Part shown: in pieces, positions 27,218 through 36,344 of the stretch
Numbering within the stretch: the stretch's first letter is position 1
Layout of the letters: every line of letters begins with the position of its first letter
Origin: Pseudomonas phage PMG1
Sequence record: NC_016765.1
Reading direction: 5' to 3' (one strand)
DNA: 54,024 nucleotides
The notes under the pieces: model-generated
Databases searched by the model: none
Told to the model about the DNA's origin: nothing
What the model saw: only the letters and a program-made list of their open reading frames with translations
Translations under genes and position numbers: made by a program

Positions 27218-28257
27218 ATGCGGCCTTCACGGACTTGATCAAGAACCCCAACAGCATCCCTTACTCTGGCCGGAGCAAGGTGGGCATATCGTTCAGTCAT
27301 CGCGACTGTCGAGTGTCCGAGCAGATCCCGAACATCCGCCAGCGGAACGCCGGCGCTGACCAGCCATGCCGCGCAGGTGTGGCGCAGGTCGTGAATCGTA
27401 AAGTCCGCAATCTTCGCTGCCTGGCAGGCCTGCTTGAAGCCGGCCGAAAGCGATATCACTCGATCACCGTTAGCGCGCGCAAAGACCCAGGGGCATTCCG
27501 GGCTGGTCTCGGACCTGAATGCCATTCGTCGCTTTAGTGCTGCCATCGCCCCTTCGTTGATCGGGATGCTCCGGCGCTTGCCTGCCTTCGTGTGGGATGC
27601 TTCCAAGTAGATCAGTCGATTTGCGAAATCGACCCTGCGCCACTCCAGGCCAAGCATTTCCTCCCGCCGGCACCCTGTGTTGACGGCCAGGCGGATAAAG
27701 TCCTCCAGCATCGGGCCAAACTTCTGCCCGCGCGCGGCTCGGCACAGGGCCTCGACCTCTGCCCTTGTCAGCCAACGATCACGCCCCTCTGCCTCGCGCA
27801 TCTTCCGTCCCTTAACGGGATTCGGGAGGGCCCACTCCAGTTCTGTGTTGCAGTGGTTGATCGCCGCGGACAGTGCGGCGAGTTCTCGGTTGATGGTTGC
27901 CGGGGATGCGCCCGCATCCAATCTGTGCGAACCGTATCCCCGGATGTCCTGGCCCCCTAGATCGTTGACCACGCGTCCGGCAAAATACTCGCGCAGCGGC
28001 TTTATGCGGTGCACGGTCGTTTCGTAGCTGCGCTGATGCTGGCGAGCGTGTTGCAGGTACGGAATGATCACCTCCTCAAAGGTCCTGGGCGGATTAACGC
28101 CCATTTCCTTTTCCTTCCACGCTTTCGCGCGCTCCTGTTGCTCTAGTGCTTTCGCCGCCGAGTAGTCGGCAGTTCCAGAAGAGCGTCTAACAAGCTTTCC
28201 TGTTGCTGATTTGAAAGAGATCCACCAGTAGGCGGAGTCGTTTCTCTTGTACGGCAT
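27148..28257 (-). CDS. int: tyrosine integrase (phage integrase family)
   Basis: 369 aa; R...HxLRH...Y catalytic signature (IHDLRHTCAAWL, MTERYAHL); adjacent to tRNA-like att core. Confidence 0.85.
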   Translation of the reverse strand: MPYKRNDSAYWWISFKSATGKLVRRSSGTADYSAAKALEQQERAKAWKEKEMGVNPPRTFEEVIIPYLQHARQHQRSYETTVHRIKPLREYFAGRVVNDLGGQDIRGYGSHRLDAGASPATINRELAALSAAINHCNTELEWALPNPVKGRKMREAEGRDRWLTRAEVEALCRAARGQKFGPMLEDFIRLAVNTGCRREEMLGLEWRRVDFANRLIYLEASHTKAGKRRSIPINEGAMAALKRRMAFRSETSPECPWVFARANGDRVISLSAGFKQACQAAKIADFTIHDLRHTCAAWLVSAGVPLADVRDLLGHSTVAMTERYAHLAPARVRDAVGVLDQVREGRISRSVHADNPAHLHGGPLKLVNT

Positions 28258-28457
28258 ACTTCCTCCGGTACGCCGACCGCGTCGCGCATGCTAGCAGCGG
28301 CTTCCTCTTCAAGCATCTGTTCGAGCTTTTCCTTGTGTACCCGGATGGTCTTTTTGAACCTGACCACCGGGATCAGCTTTTCGTCCGCGTAGCGGTACGC
28401 GGTCCTGCGGCTCACGCCGAGAATGCCGGCGGCCGCCTCAACTGAAATCAAAGACAT
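28143..28457 (-). CDS. xis: excisionase/AlpA-like HTH protein
   Basis: MSLISVEAAAGILGVSRRTAYRYADEKLIPVVRFKKTIRV (MerR/AlpA-type HTH); overlaps int start. Confidence 0.5.
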   Translation of the reverse strand: MSLISVEAAAGILGVSRRTAYRYADEKLIPVVRFKKTIRVHKEKLEQMLEEEAAASMRDAVGVPEEVCRTRETTPPTGGSLSNQQQESLLDALLELPTTRRRKH

Positions 28458-28602
28458 AGCGAGACCTTGGCCGATCAACGGCATCGGGTTGGCGGGTAGA
28501 ATTCGTGGAGGCTTGGCCGGGCAGGGCGCCCGCATCGGGCAATATGGGGGTTAACTGCTCGGTCAGGCCTTCTGGTAGGATTTGGAGCCCAGCCGGGTTA
28601 GC

Positions 28603-28941
28603 TCAGGGAGAGCTAGTGGCGCCCTGCGGGTTCATTGCTTTGATGATCTTCGGCCACAGGGTGTTGTCGTTGCTGCGCCAGGTTGGATCATCCACTACGG
28701 CCTGTAGCGCTCCCCGCAGAACCTCGTTCTCCGCCTTGAGCCTGTCGTTCTCGTCCAGCAGGGCAAGGACGGTCTTGGGGTTGGCGGCTGCGATGTAATC
28801 CACGTCTCCACCTGCGTGCTCGCAGACAACGAATTCGCCGGACAAAACGCAGTCAGGAAGCGAATCGTCGCCGTCCCCGGTTCGCCATTCCCCAGGCGTT
28901 GCCACCTCAGACAGCCTCCGCAGCTCTGCGTGGTCGGTCAT
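28603..28941 (-). CDS. Ead/Ea22-like early protein
   Basis: AANPKTVLALLDENDRLKAENEVLR hallmark of Ead/Ea22-like family. Confidence 0.5.
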   Translation of the reverse strand: MTDHAELRRLSEVATPGEWRTGDGDDSLPDCVLSGEFVVCEHAGGDVDYIAAANPKTVLALLDENDRLKAENEVLRGALQAVVDDPTWRSNDNTLWPKIIKAMNPQGATSSP

Positions 28942-29156
28942 GGCTTCTTTGCCTCCATAACGATGTTCGGTTCATACCAAGGCGCGCAGAAAATCACTCT
29001 CGCCCGCTTGTGCCGCTCAGTCATAGCGTTTACAGCCGCACACATGGCAGCTTTCGGTTCATTGAATGGCTCGCCTACTGTCTCCCATAGCCGGCACCCG
29101 TACCCCTTGATCTGGGCAACGTAATCGCCTTCTGGGGCGTGAATGTGTAAGGTCAT
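28938..29156 (-). CDS. hypothetical early protein
   Basis: 72-aa ORF translationally coupled in early-left operon. Confidence 0.4.
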   Translation of the reverse strand: MTLHIHAPEGDYVAQIKGYGCRLWETVGEPFNEPKAAMCAAVNAMTERHKRARVIFCAPWYEPNIVMEAKKP

Positions 29157-29449
29157 GGCGCCACCTCGATTCCGGCTTGCTGGAGGGCTTCTTTCACGCG
29201 CTCAAGGCAGTCGTTGAAGCCTGTGCGCTCGCAGTAGAGAAGCCTGTGCTCGGTGTATTCAGGTAGAACAGCACGCTCCGGCAACTCCACCTTCAGAGCC
29301 GCGCGGCTGGCTTGCCAGGCTTTCCATGCCGTTGCCACGACATAGAAGCCATAGTGACCGTTAGGTCCTTTCTTGAGCGGATTGCCGCTTCCTACGTCTA
29401 CGAAATGACTGGAAGCCCACGCTTCAAACTCTTCTCTCATGTCATGCAT
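29153..29449 (-). CDS. hypothetical early protein
   Basis: 98-aa ORF, coupled. Confidence 0.4.
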   Translation of the reverse strand: MHDMREEFEAWASSHFVDVGSGNPLKKGPNGHYGFYVVATAWKAWQASRAALKVELPERAVLPEYTEHRLLYCERTGFNDCLERVKEALQQAGIEVAP

Positions 29450-29451
29450 GG

Positions 29452-29616
29452 TCAGTCCCTCGCTTCAATTCCGGCTTCGCGCAGCGCCTTTACAATCTCT
29501 GCGCGCTCTCGCTGTTGAGCCTTGACATCGACGACGCCACGGCCATTGCAAACGTGACACCAGCGACGCTCTAGGTCATAGCCTCGGCAATAGGGGCATG
29601 GTCTAAGCTCAGGCAT
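29452..29616 (-). CDS. small zinc-ribbon protein (54 aa)
   Basis: SD AAGGAG 8 nt upstream of ATG; CPYC...CHVC tetrad. Confidence 0.45.
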   Translation of the reverse strand: MPELRPCPYCRGYDLERRWCHVCNGRGVVDVKAQQRERAEIVKALREAGIEARD

Positions 29617-29618
29617 GA

Positions 29619-30104
29619 TCAGGACTCCTTTGGATGGCCGCGCAGCCGGTCGGCTAGCTCCATCTCTGCGTAATAGGCGCTCATGCTTTCGGCGTCGTTG
29701 AGGTTCAACGTTCCGTAGACGTGGCGGTTGTAGAATTGCGTAGTGCCTAAGCAAGGCTTCGACAGGTTCAAGGTGTAGCCGCGCTTGTCGGCCAGGAACT
29801 TGGCGACCGCAGCGGATCGGCTCATGCCTGCTTGGCAGTGAACGATGATCGGTTCATCACCACACTCGTTCACGAAGTCGTGGATCTGCTTGGCGTCAAT
29901 GTGGCTGAACACCCGAAAACCATCGCTTCCCAGGTATCCGTCTACATCATCAAATTCCAGCCGCAGAACGCGCTTGTGATTGCAGGCAAAGGCGTACCAA
30001 TCACCCTTGCTGCCGATGCTGATCACGTTACTCGGCGTCTCGATCCTGCTGGCATCCACTGCGGAGAGGAATGTCACCTCTCGCCTGTTCACTGCTTGCT
30101 CCAT
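29619..30104 (-). CDS. dual-specificity / tyrosine protein phosphatase-like (CX5R P-loop)
   Basis: VHCQAGMSRSAAV = HCxxGxxRS phosphatase active-site loop; 161 aa. Confidence 0.6.
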   Translation of the reverse strand: MEQAVNRREVTFLSAVDASRIETPSNVISIGSKGDWYAFACNHKRVLRLEFDDVDGYLGSDGFRVFSHIDAKQIHDFVNECGDEPIIVHCQAGMSRSAAVAKFLADKRGYTLNLSKPCLGTTQFYNRHVYGTLNLNDAESMSAYYAEMELADRLRGHPKES

Positions 30105-30384
30105 CCGCTCAACTCCTGTCCTTTCAGTTCTGTCTGCTCGTAGAGGTTCTGGAAGTCCCCGACAACCCGGAAGACTCCCAGGACGAAGAGAACGATGACT
30201 ATCACTGCGACCAGGGTTTCGTTTTCGTTGTCCACGGTTGGTCCTCCGGGGGTCGGATTCGTTGGTTTGGGGTGGCGGGCTCCTGGCCCAAAATCGGCCA
30301 GTTTTTGTGCTGAAACCCAGCTGGAATGCGGGTCTCATCCTGGCCGAAGGTGGCGGTGTCGATGCCGGGATTCCGGCATCGGTA

Positions 30385-30687
30385 TCAGCCGCCCGCAGCT
30401 TTGACGATCAGGTGCATGAGCATTTCGCGCAGTTGCTCGCGCTCTAGCACCTGGCCGGTACGGGCGTACTCGTCGGCCTGGCGCAGGATCGCGTCGATCT
30501 CGATGTTGAACATCGGCGAGAGCACGTCTGGCTCGCACTGCTCCATCAGAAGCTCAATGGCGCGTGTAGGATGGGCCATAGCTACGCCGAGCCAGTTGTA
30601 AGCTGACGCGGTGCGGTAGTAGCGGAGGCCGGCGATCTCATGCCGCTGAGGCGGGCGGTATTGCGGTGGTTGGTAGGGCATATGCAA
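30385..30687 (-). CDS. hypothetical early protein
   Basis: 100-aa ORF. Confidence 0.4.
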   Translation of the reverse strand: MHMPYQPPQYRPPQRHEIAGLRYYRTASAYNWLGVAMAHPTRAIELLMEQCEPDVLSPMFNIEIDAILRQADEYARTGQVLEREQLREMLMHLIVKAAGG

Positions 30688-30753
30688 TCCGGGTAGGTTG
30701 AGCCTACATTTTCCAGATTGCTGTATATGTGTACAGTGGTTGGCGATGGGTGG

Positions 30754-30957
30754 CTATGCCTGCTCCGACAGGTACTGCAACTCCCAGGTCTGGTGGAACT
30801 TCCTTGGCTTGCTTTCGCTGTCGAGCTTGATCATGAGGTGGGCGCCCTTGGCGCTTGTGATTGTCCCTCGCTCTTCGGTGCCACGCCCTCGGTAAATGAC
30901 TTGGCCGCCGCGCTTGCATGGAACGGCATAGGCCTTGCGGATGAACTCCATGCTCAT
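30754..30957 (-). CDS. hypothetical early protein
   Basis: 67-aa ORF overlapping next gene stop. Confidence 0.4.
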   Translation of the reverse strand: MSMEFIRKAYAVPCKRGGQVIYRGRGTEERGTITSAKGAHLMIKLDSESKPRKFHQTWELQYLSEQA

Positions 30958-31319
30958 TGCTTCCCTCCCTCCTGCTCGCTCAGCAGGGCGCGGAGTTCCA
31001 GGAACAGGCGAGCGTCATCGTTCACCGGCTGAGTCTCTGGCGGGTATGTCGGATCGAACTCCGCTCGAAGATCGAGTTGAGACCTGATTCGCTCCAGCAA
31101 CTCCCTCGGAACTACCACATGACCTACGGGGACTGCTCGGGCGTTCCAGTCAGCGATGGCGATTTCACGCTGATCTTCTATGTCTGGGACCATCATGGTT
31201 TCGCTGTCGAGAAACACGCACTCGGCCGAGTGATCGCCTACGATCCGGTGCCAGTCGTGGTTGCTCACCAGGCGCATCGAACATCCGCAGAACGGACACG
31301 GTTTCAGTTCTTCAGCCAT
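30954..31319 (-). CDS. Lar-family restriction alleviation-like protein
   Basis: N-terminal LKPCPFCG and downstream ADWNAR motif as in Lar family. Confidence 0.55.
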   Translation of the reverse strand: MAEELKPCPFCGCSMRLVSNHDWHRIVGDHSAECVFLDSETMMVPDIEDQREIAIADWNARAVPVGHVVVPRELLERIRSQLDLRAEFDPTYPPETQPVNDDARLFLELRALLSEQEGGKQ

Positions 31320-31803
31320 TGCCGTTCTCCTTGTCCTGGTTGAGCAGGGCGCGAAGTTCTTCCATCACTTGGCCTGCGTAGTACTCACCAGCATCTATCG
31401 GAGCATGACCATCTCCGATACCGTGGGAATCAACGGGCGATCCGCACATGCAATGGCCTTCGCGGTAGTCGCCGTGCTCCATCAGTTCCAGCCATTTTCG
31501 CAACAGCCCCTCGCTGACCGTCTTGCCGTTGAGGCGCGATTGAGCTTCCAGCGCTACCTGAATGTTCTCAGGACTTGTGAATAACCGCTCCCGAGCATCG
31601 AGCGCCGCGTACACCGTGCTCGCATCAGGTAGAACCACCACCCTTGCGCGCAGTGCCGCGACTTCCTCCCTGAGCGCCTGGGCCTCGGCGGCGAGGGCGT
31701 CGTAGTCGGAGGCCTTCACCCACGCTCCTTCGGGGTTCTCAATGTGCTCACAGTCATCAACGTGAGCATGGTTCACGTGGTCGAACCGCTTCACCTCACT
31801 CAT
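31312..31803 (-). CDS. hypothetical early protein (coiled-coil)
   Basis: 163 aa. Confidence 0.45.
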   Translation of the reverse strand: MSEVKRFDHVNHAHVDDCEHIENPEGAWVKASDYDALAAEAQALREEVAALRARVVVLPDASTVYAALDARERLFTSPENIQVALEAQSRLNGKTVSEGLLRKWLELMEHGDYREGHCMCGSPVDSHGIGDGHAPIDAGEYYAGQVMEELRALLNQDKENGNG

Positions 31804-33673
31804 GACCTACCTCCTTGCCGGGCGCGGCGGCTTTCAGTTCTGCCTCTGCATGAACCTTCCAATTGGCTCCATTGGCAAGGTAGTGGTTTAGCATCCAGTG
31901 CAGACAAGCCGCTTGCTCGGCCTCGGCCTTGCGATCAATCACGAAGCCAATTTGGCGTAGCGCCTGCGCGAGGTGGGTGCACGTGAAGTTAGGGCGACCG
32001 AGGATATTCTTCAGATCATCGGTAAGTTCCAGGCGCTCCGGCACGCTGTGCTGAGCCTGGGCGGCATCCTCGGACGCCTTCACGCATGACTTGATCGAGG
32101 CCAGCAGGTAGGACCATGCGAAACCGCGCTCCTGGGACGGGCGCAAGCCGAGCGCACGCGCTACGTCATCGCGGCACTGCTTGTCCAGGTCGTGGAGTTG
32201 CTGAGCCTGGGCTACAGGGGCGGCTATCTCTTCGCTGGCAACAAGGACATATCGGGCACCACACTGCGGGCAGGCTGCGGCCATGCAATTCTCCCTCTGG
32301 CAACCAGGGCACTTGTCCTCTTCCGGCTCTGGTCCGGCCCAATCGCATTCGTGGCAGGCAGCCACGCCCGTGGCGGAATCGTTGATCCCGCCATGCTGGC
32401 ACTCGTCGCATCGCCTGGCCTCGACGTAGACCTTGCCGCGTTCCAGCTCCGCGACCCTGGCCAGGGCGACTTTCAGTTGCTCCTCCAACTGCTTGGAATG
32501 AGCGCGGATTCCCTGCACGGTCCAGCCACCATCGATGGCGTCTTGCGGCAGCCCTTCGCAGATGCGTTCGAACTGGCGCAGGCGCTCGACTTCGGACAGG
32601 GCGGCGTCGCGCTGCTGCTCCAACTGCGCGATACCAGCAGACAGGTAGCCGTCGAGCGCCTTCTGCGTGTCTCGGTTGCGCCATGCCTCGGCGAAGTGGC
32701 GGGTCATCATACCCATCATGCGGTGTTCGAGAGTGTCAGCGCGGTCCTCAGCAGCTTGCAGCTCCGCCCGCAGCGCCCCGACGATGCGCTCGTACCGAGC
32801 AGCTAGCGTGTTCGACAGGGACAGGAATGAATCAAGGCTGATGCCGTCGGCCATCGCCGTTTCGAAGGCGCTGCGCGCGATGTCTTCACGCTCAAACTCG
32901 GAGACTTCCTCAACCTCCGGCCGCTCCGCCTCCGCCTGCTCGGCCGCCGCCTCGGCCACGTCCGCCACGAAGAACCCGCAGTGCCGGCACTCGCGGCCGG
33001 TTTTGGTCTCGCCGTTGTCGTTCCACCACACGCCAGCGAAGTCGTGCCGGCAGTTCTGTTCGTTGGTGCTGAAGCGGTGTTGCGTACCGCGCTCTGGGAG
33101 CTCAGGAGTCGGGGAGGGTTGCGCCAGGGCGGCTCGCAGGTCTGCAATCTCTGCCGCCATGTGCTCAACCAGTAGTGCGTCCGGCCAGAAGCCAGGATCG
33201 CTGTTGGGATGCGCCGCCAGAATTCGTTCACGCCAGCCAATCACGCGCTCATCCCCGCCTGCCTGCTCTACCGATTCCTGTTCGGGATCGATGCGCTCTG
33301 CCGACATGAGGGCAAGCACCGCCTCGGCCGGAGTCGCGCCCTCGGCCTTCGCAAGAGGAATCTCCCGATCCAGGTAGAGGTCCGCGTGCCACTGGCCTTC
33401 GTACTCCGGCGTCAGAGCGATTCGGTTGGTCGCCACCAGGTCCAGAATCGCGCTGCCAGAGTGCTTGGCACACAGCGTCACGTAGATCACGTCGGAGTAC
33501 TCGCCTCCACCGCTGCTGTATTCCACTTGGCACCCGCACATGGCGGGCCTTCCGTTGATGAAGGTCAGCTTGGCAGCTACGCCCGTCAGCTCTACCGACT
33601 CCGGATGTGCCGGGCAGGGATGGCGGAGGGAGCCGTTGCCGGAAGGGCAGGTGCAAATCTTTGATTCGGTCAT
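31796..33673 (-). CDS. large Cys-rich coiled-coil protein of unknown function
   Basis: 625 aa, several CxxC/CxC clusters and long coiled-coil; no recognised catalytic motif. Confidence 0.5.
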   Translation of the reverse strand: MTESKICTCPSGNGSLRHPCPAHPESVELTGVAAKLTFINGRPAMCGCQVEYSSGGGEYSDVIYVTLCAKHSGSAILDLVATNRIALTPEYEGQWHADLYLDREIPLAKAEGATPAEAVLALMSAERIDPEQESVEQAGGDERVIGWRERILAAHPNSDPGFWPDALLVEHMAAEIADLRAALAQPSPTPELPERGTQHRFSTNEQNCRHDFAGVWWNDNGETKTGRECRHCGFFVADVAEAAAEQAEAERPEVEEVSEFEREDIARSAFETAMADGISLDSFLSLSNTLAARYERIVGALRAELQAAEDRADTLEHRMMGMMTRHFAEAWRNRDTQKALDGYLSAGIAQLEQQRDAALSEVERLRQFERICEGLPQDAIDGGWTVQGIRAHSKQLEEQLKVALARVAELERGKVYVEARRCDECQHGGINDSATGVAACHECDWAGPEPEEDKCPGCQRENCMAAACPQCGARYVLVASEEIAAPVAQAQQLHDLDKQCRDDVARALGLRPSQERGFAWSYLLASIKSCVKASEDAAQAQHSVPERLELTDDLKNILGRPNFTCTHLAQALRQIGFVIDRKAEAEQAACLHWMLNHYLANGANWKVHAEAELKAAAPGKEVGHE

Positions 33674-33879
33674 GGGAGCTTTCTCCAGGCCTCGCTATCG
33701 AGGTCAGAAACGGTTATCAGTCGGCGCCGTCGCTCGATGTTTTCGAGCTGAATGACCTCCCCCAGGCTGTCGATGACGACCCAGTGAATTCCTGTTGGGA
33801 GGTGGAGGTAGCGGGCTGGCGCAGTGGTTGAGCAGAGGGCGTTTATGCGGCGGTATGCGGCGTTGTCGTCGAAGGGCAT
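33670..33879 (-). CDS. hypothetical protein
   Basis: 69-aa ORF coupled to upstream gene. Confidence 0.35.
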   Translation of the reverse strand: MPFDDNAAYRRINALCSTTAPARYLHLPTGIHWVVIDSLGEVIQLENIERRRRLITVSDLDSEAWRKLP

Positions 33880-34055
33880 GGCTCATCCTCCGGGTAGCAC
33901 AGAACGCCCTCGGCGCCCTGGGCTTGGTTGATCGCTATCTGCCTCACCGCTCTCGCGAATAGCAGAATGTCGTCTGGGGTCATGAGCTGGCTTTCTTCGG
34001 GCCAGCCGGTGACCGTCACACCGCCAGGGCGGTGATTCGCTGTTAGCTGGTGCAT
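33843..34055 (-). CDS. hypothetical protein
   Basis: 70-aa ORF. Confidence 0.35.
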   Translation of the reverse strand: MHQLTANHRPGGVTVTGWPEESQLMTPDDILLFARAVRQIAINQAQGAEGVLCYPEDEPCPSTTTPHTAA

Positions 34056-34073
34056 GGGGTTATTCCTGTTGGG

Positions 34074-34280
34074 TCAGGCTGACTTCTTCTTGCCGGTCAT
34101 CTCTTTCGCTCGTTTTCGGGCGAAGACCATGCACTCGTTGAAGGCACCTTTGGGGAAGGTCTGCTTGCGCTTGTAGTAATCAAGCGCCTCGTCGGCGATG
34201 ACCATGCAGATTCCCGAAGGGAACCCGTCGCGCTGCAACTGCTGGTCTACCTGCTTCTTGATGAATTCGTGAGTGTTCAT
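34074..34280 (-). CDS. hypothetical protein (68 aa; alternative upstream starts to 34490)
   Basis: ATG with GGTGGAAG upstream; basic C-terminus. Confidence 0.35.
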   Translation of the reverse strand: MNTHEFIKKQVDQQLQRDGFPSGICMVIADEALDYYKRKQTFPKGAFNECMVFARKRAKEMTGKKKSA

Positions 34281-34549
34281 GCTTCCACCCACTTGTTTTC
34301 GCCGTCGTAGTAGCCGCTCCACCCCGGAATGCTGAACTTCAGGGTTCCAGGCGTACATAGCCACGCCCCCCCCTAGAGGCCCGCCGAATAGCTCCCAGTG
34401 ACTCTTTCGTGCATACAGGCGACGGCGGCGCTCGAAACGTTTTTGACGCAGGTTGATGCTCTTGTTGCGTGGAATGCTGGTCAGCCTCATGACGTTCTCC
34501 AGGCAATAGTCAGCCGCGCCGCATTGCAGCGTCAGGCATTAGGAATGGT

Positions 34550-34708
34550 TCAGGGATGGCAGACTTCGACAACGCGGTGATAGTCGCCACGGAAGGGCAT
34601 GGCCTTGTAGCCCTGGTTCATGGGGTAGATTTCCCAGGACTGGCGAGAGCAGGCCGCCATCATCGCCGCGTACTTGATGACCTCGATGACGTCTTTCTTG
34701 ATGTACAT
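34550..34708 (-). CDS. small ORF (52 aa)
   Basis: ATG with GAGGG 8 nt upstream; below track cutoff; fills gap between annotated genes. Confidence 0.3.
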   Translation of the reverse strand: MYIKKDVIEVIKYAAMMAACSRQSWEIYPMNQGYKAMPFRGDYHRVVEVCHP

Positions 34709-34718
34709 GACATGGCCC

Positions 34719-35054
34719 TCATGCACCCATCGCCGACTTGATCTGTGCCGAGTGGCTGCGGCTGACTGGAATCCAGTTCTCGGTTCCGAGCAGCAGCACT
34801 TCGCCGGCCTGGGTGTCGTCTGGCCGGCGCTTGAACCTGCTGATCAGAGACCGGCGAACCAGGGCTTTCCGGTGGGTGCGGATGAAGTCGGCGGAGAACT
34901 CTGATTCCAGTTCCCTGATCGTGTCGCGCAGCAGCAGGAATCCATCCGCGTAGTACGCGATGACGTACTTATCCTCGGCGACGAAGTGGGTGATCTGCTC
35001 AACCGGGATTTCCTTGGAATGTTTGCCGCATGTGGCTTTGAGTACGGTTCGCAT
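34719..35054 (-). CDS. LytTR-family DNA-binding domain protein (standalone)
   Basis: ITHFVAEDKYVIAYYADGFLLLRDTIRELE...FIRTHRKALV matches LytTR consensus. Confidence 0.6.
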   Translation of the reverse strand: MRTVLKATCGKHSKEIPVEQITHFVAEDKYVIAYYADGFLLLRDTIRELESEFSADFIRTHRKALVRRSLISRFKRRPDDTQAGEVLLLGTENWIPVSRSHSAQIKSAMGA

Positions 35055-35061
35055 ATCGGCC

Positions 35062-35559
35062 TCACTTGATCCTGATTGAAGACTTCGCCCGCTCCAGATG
35101 AGCGCCGGGTACGTCCTTGCCGTCTTTCAAAGCCCGCGCGATTGCATTCTTGTCAGGACTGGTTTCGACCTTCACCTTGACCAGTTCGTCGGGCAGCTTC
35201 TTTTCGTCGTCGATCACGGCGATCTCTCGCCCCTCAACGCAGGTGATGGAAAAGAGGGGGCAACTGATCTTCTTGATGCCGGCTGCTTCCATGTTTTCCC
35301 GCAGGTATTCCTTCATCGAGTCCTGGCGAGCCTTGATTGCCCTCTTCCGGTCGTTCAGTCGCTCTATTTCACGGTCGAGCGCTTCGACGTCGGTATCCAT
35401 GTTCAGGACGACCGTTGCCAGGGCCTTTCCTTTTTCTTCGAACTCTCCCCCGATTGCTTGCATGGTGTCCCGGACAGCCACAGCCATGCCTTCATCAGCC
35501 GTTTCTGCCAGGGCTGCAAGTTCGAGAAACTGCTCGGTTAGCTTGTAGAGTTGGGTCAT
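35062..35559 (-). CDS. Sipho_Gp157-family protein
   Basis: 165 aa, coiled-coil; family typically adjacent to Erf/RecT; ATGA coupling with erf. Confidence 0.6.
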   Translation of the reverse strand: MTQLYKLTEQFLELAALAETADEGMAVAVRDTMQAIGGEFEEKGKALATVVLNMDTDVEALDREIERLNDRKRAIKARQDSMKEYLRENMEAAGIKKISCPLFSITCVEGREIAVIDDEKKLPDELVKVKVETSPDKNAIARALKDGKDVPGAHLERAKSSIRIK

Positions 35560-36302
35560 GCCGCCTTCTCCTCGGTGAATCGCTTGATCTGCTCGGAGAA
35601 TTCGCGAGCAATGCGCTTGACGCCACTATCGTCTTTGCGCGCAGTGAGCTTGCGCACGGCAACGTCGTGGATCTTCTTGAGCTCGTACTGGGACTGGGCG
35701 CCTTGCATCGTCTCGATAATCGATTTGATGTAGGCGAGGCGCTCTTCCTTCGCCTGCTCTTCTGCGGCCTGCTGGTCCTCGGCCTTGGCGATCTGCTCCT
35801 CTTCACGACGTGCTTCCACATAGTCGCGGTCGTCGAACAAGCCAAGGAAGATGTCCGCACTGAACCCGAGCATCGCAAGAGATTTTTTCACGGCGTCCGT
35901 GAGTGATTTTTTCGGCGCCTCGGTGTCGGTGGTGATTCCCCACTTGGACCGGTAGGAGAACGGCGTGCAACCGTATTGCTCTACCTCTCCGCGCTTGCCG
36001 TCCAATTCGAACCACAGTTTGATGCGCACGGTGTGCCCGACTTCGTGACCAATTAGTTCGCTGACCTTCTTGCCTTCAGCATCGTTGATTTCACGGAAGA
36101 TCGGGCCGCCCTGGTCAAAGCGCTCCTCGATGACCGTCCAGCCCCACCCGATCCCGACAGGGCCGAACATCTGGGTAGCCTTCATGATCATGTGCTGGCC
36201 GCTGATCGACGTGATCTGCTGACCATCGACTTTTGCGCTCTTGGTGGCCGATGGGTCAGTTGCTTGAACCTGATCCCATAGCCGCATGTTTTGGGTATGC
36301 AT
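35556..36302 (-). CDS. erf: ERF-family single-strand annealing recombinase
   Basis: WDQVQATDP...FGPVGIGWGW N-terminal region typical of P22 Erf family. Confidence 0.75.
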   Translation of the reverse strand: MHTQNMRLWDQVQATDPSATKSAKVDGQQITSISGQHMIMKATQMFGPVGIGWGWTVIEERFDQGGPIFREINDAEGKKVSELIGHEVGHTVRIKLWFELDGKRGEVEQYGCTPFSYRSKWGITTDTEAPKKSLTDAVKKSLAMLGFSADIFLGLFDDRDYVEARREEEQIAKAEDQQAAEEQAKEERLAYIKSIIETMQGAQSQYELKKIHDVAVRKLTARKDDSGVKRIAREFSEQIKRFTEEKAA

Positions 36303-36344
36303 GAGTGATCCTCGCCGCGCATGCGCAGCCAGTGAAGGGAGGGG

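Noticed and set aside
28590-28650. tRNA-like D-arm string TAGCTCAGGGAGAGC
   Set aside because: Lies within the coding end of the Ead/Ea22-like gene and lacks anticodon/T-arm/acceptor partners
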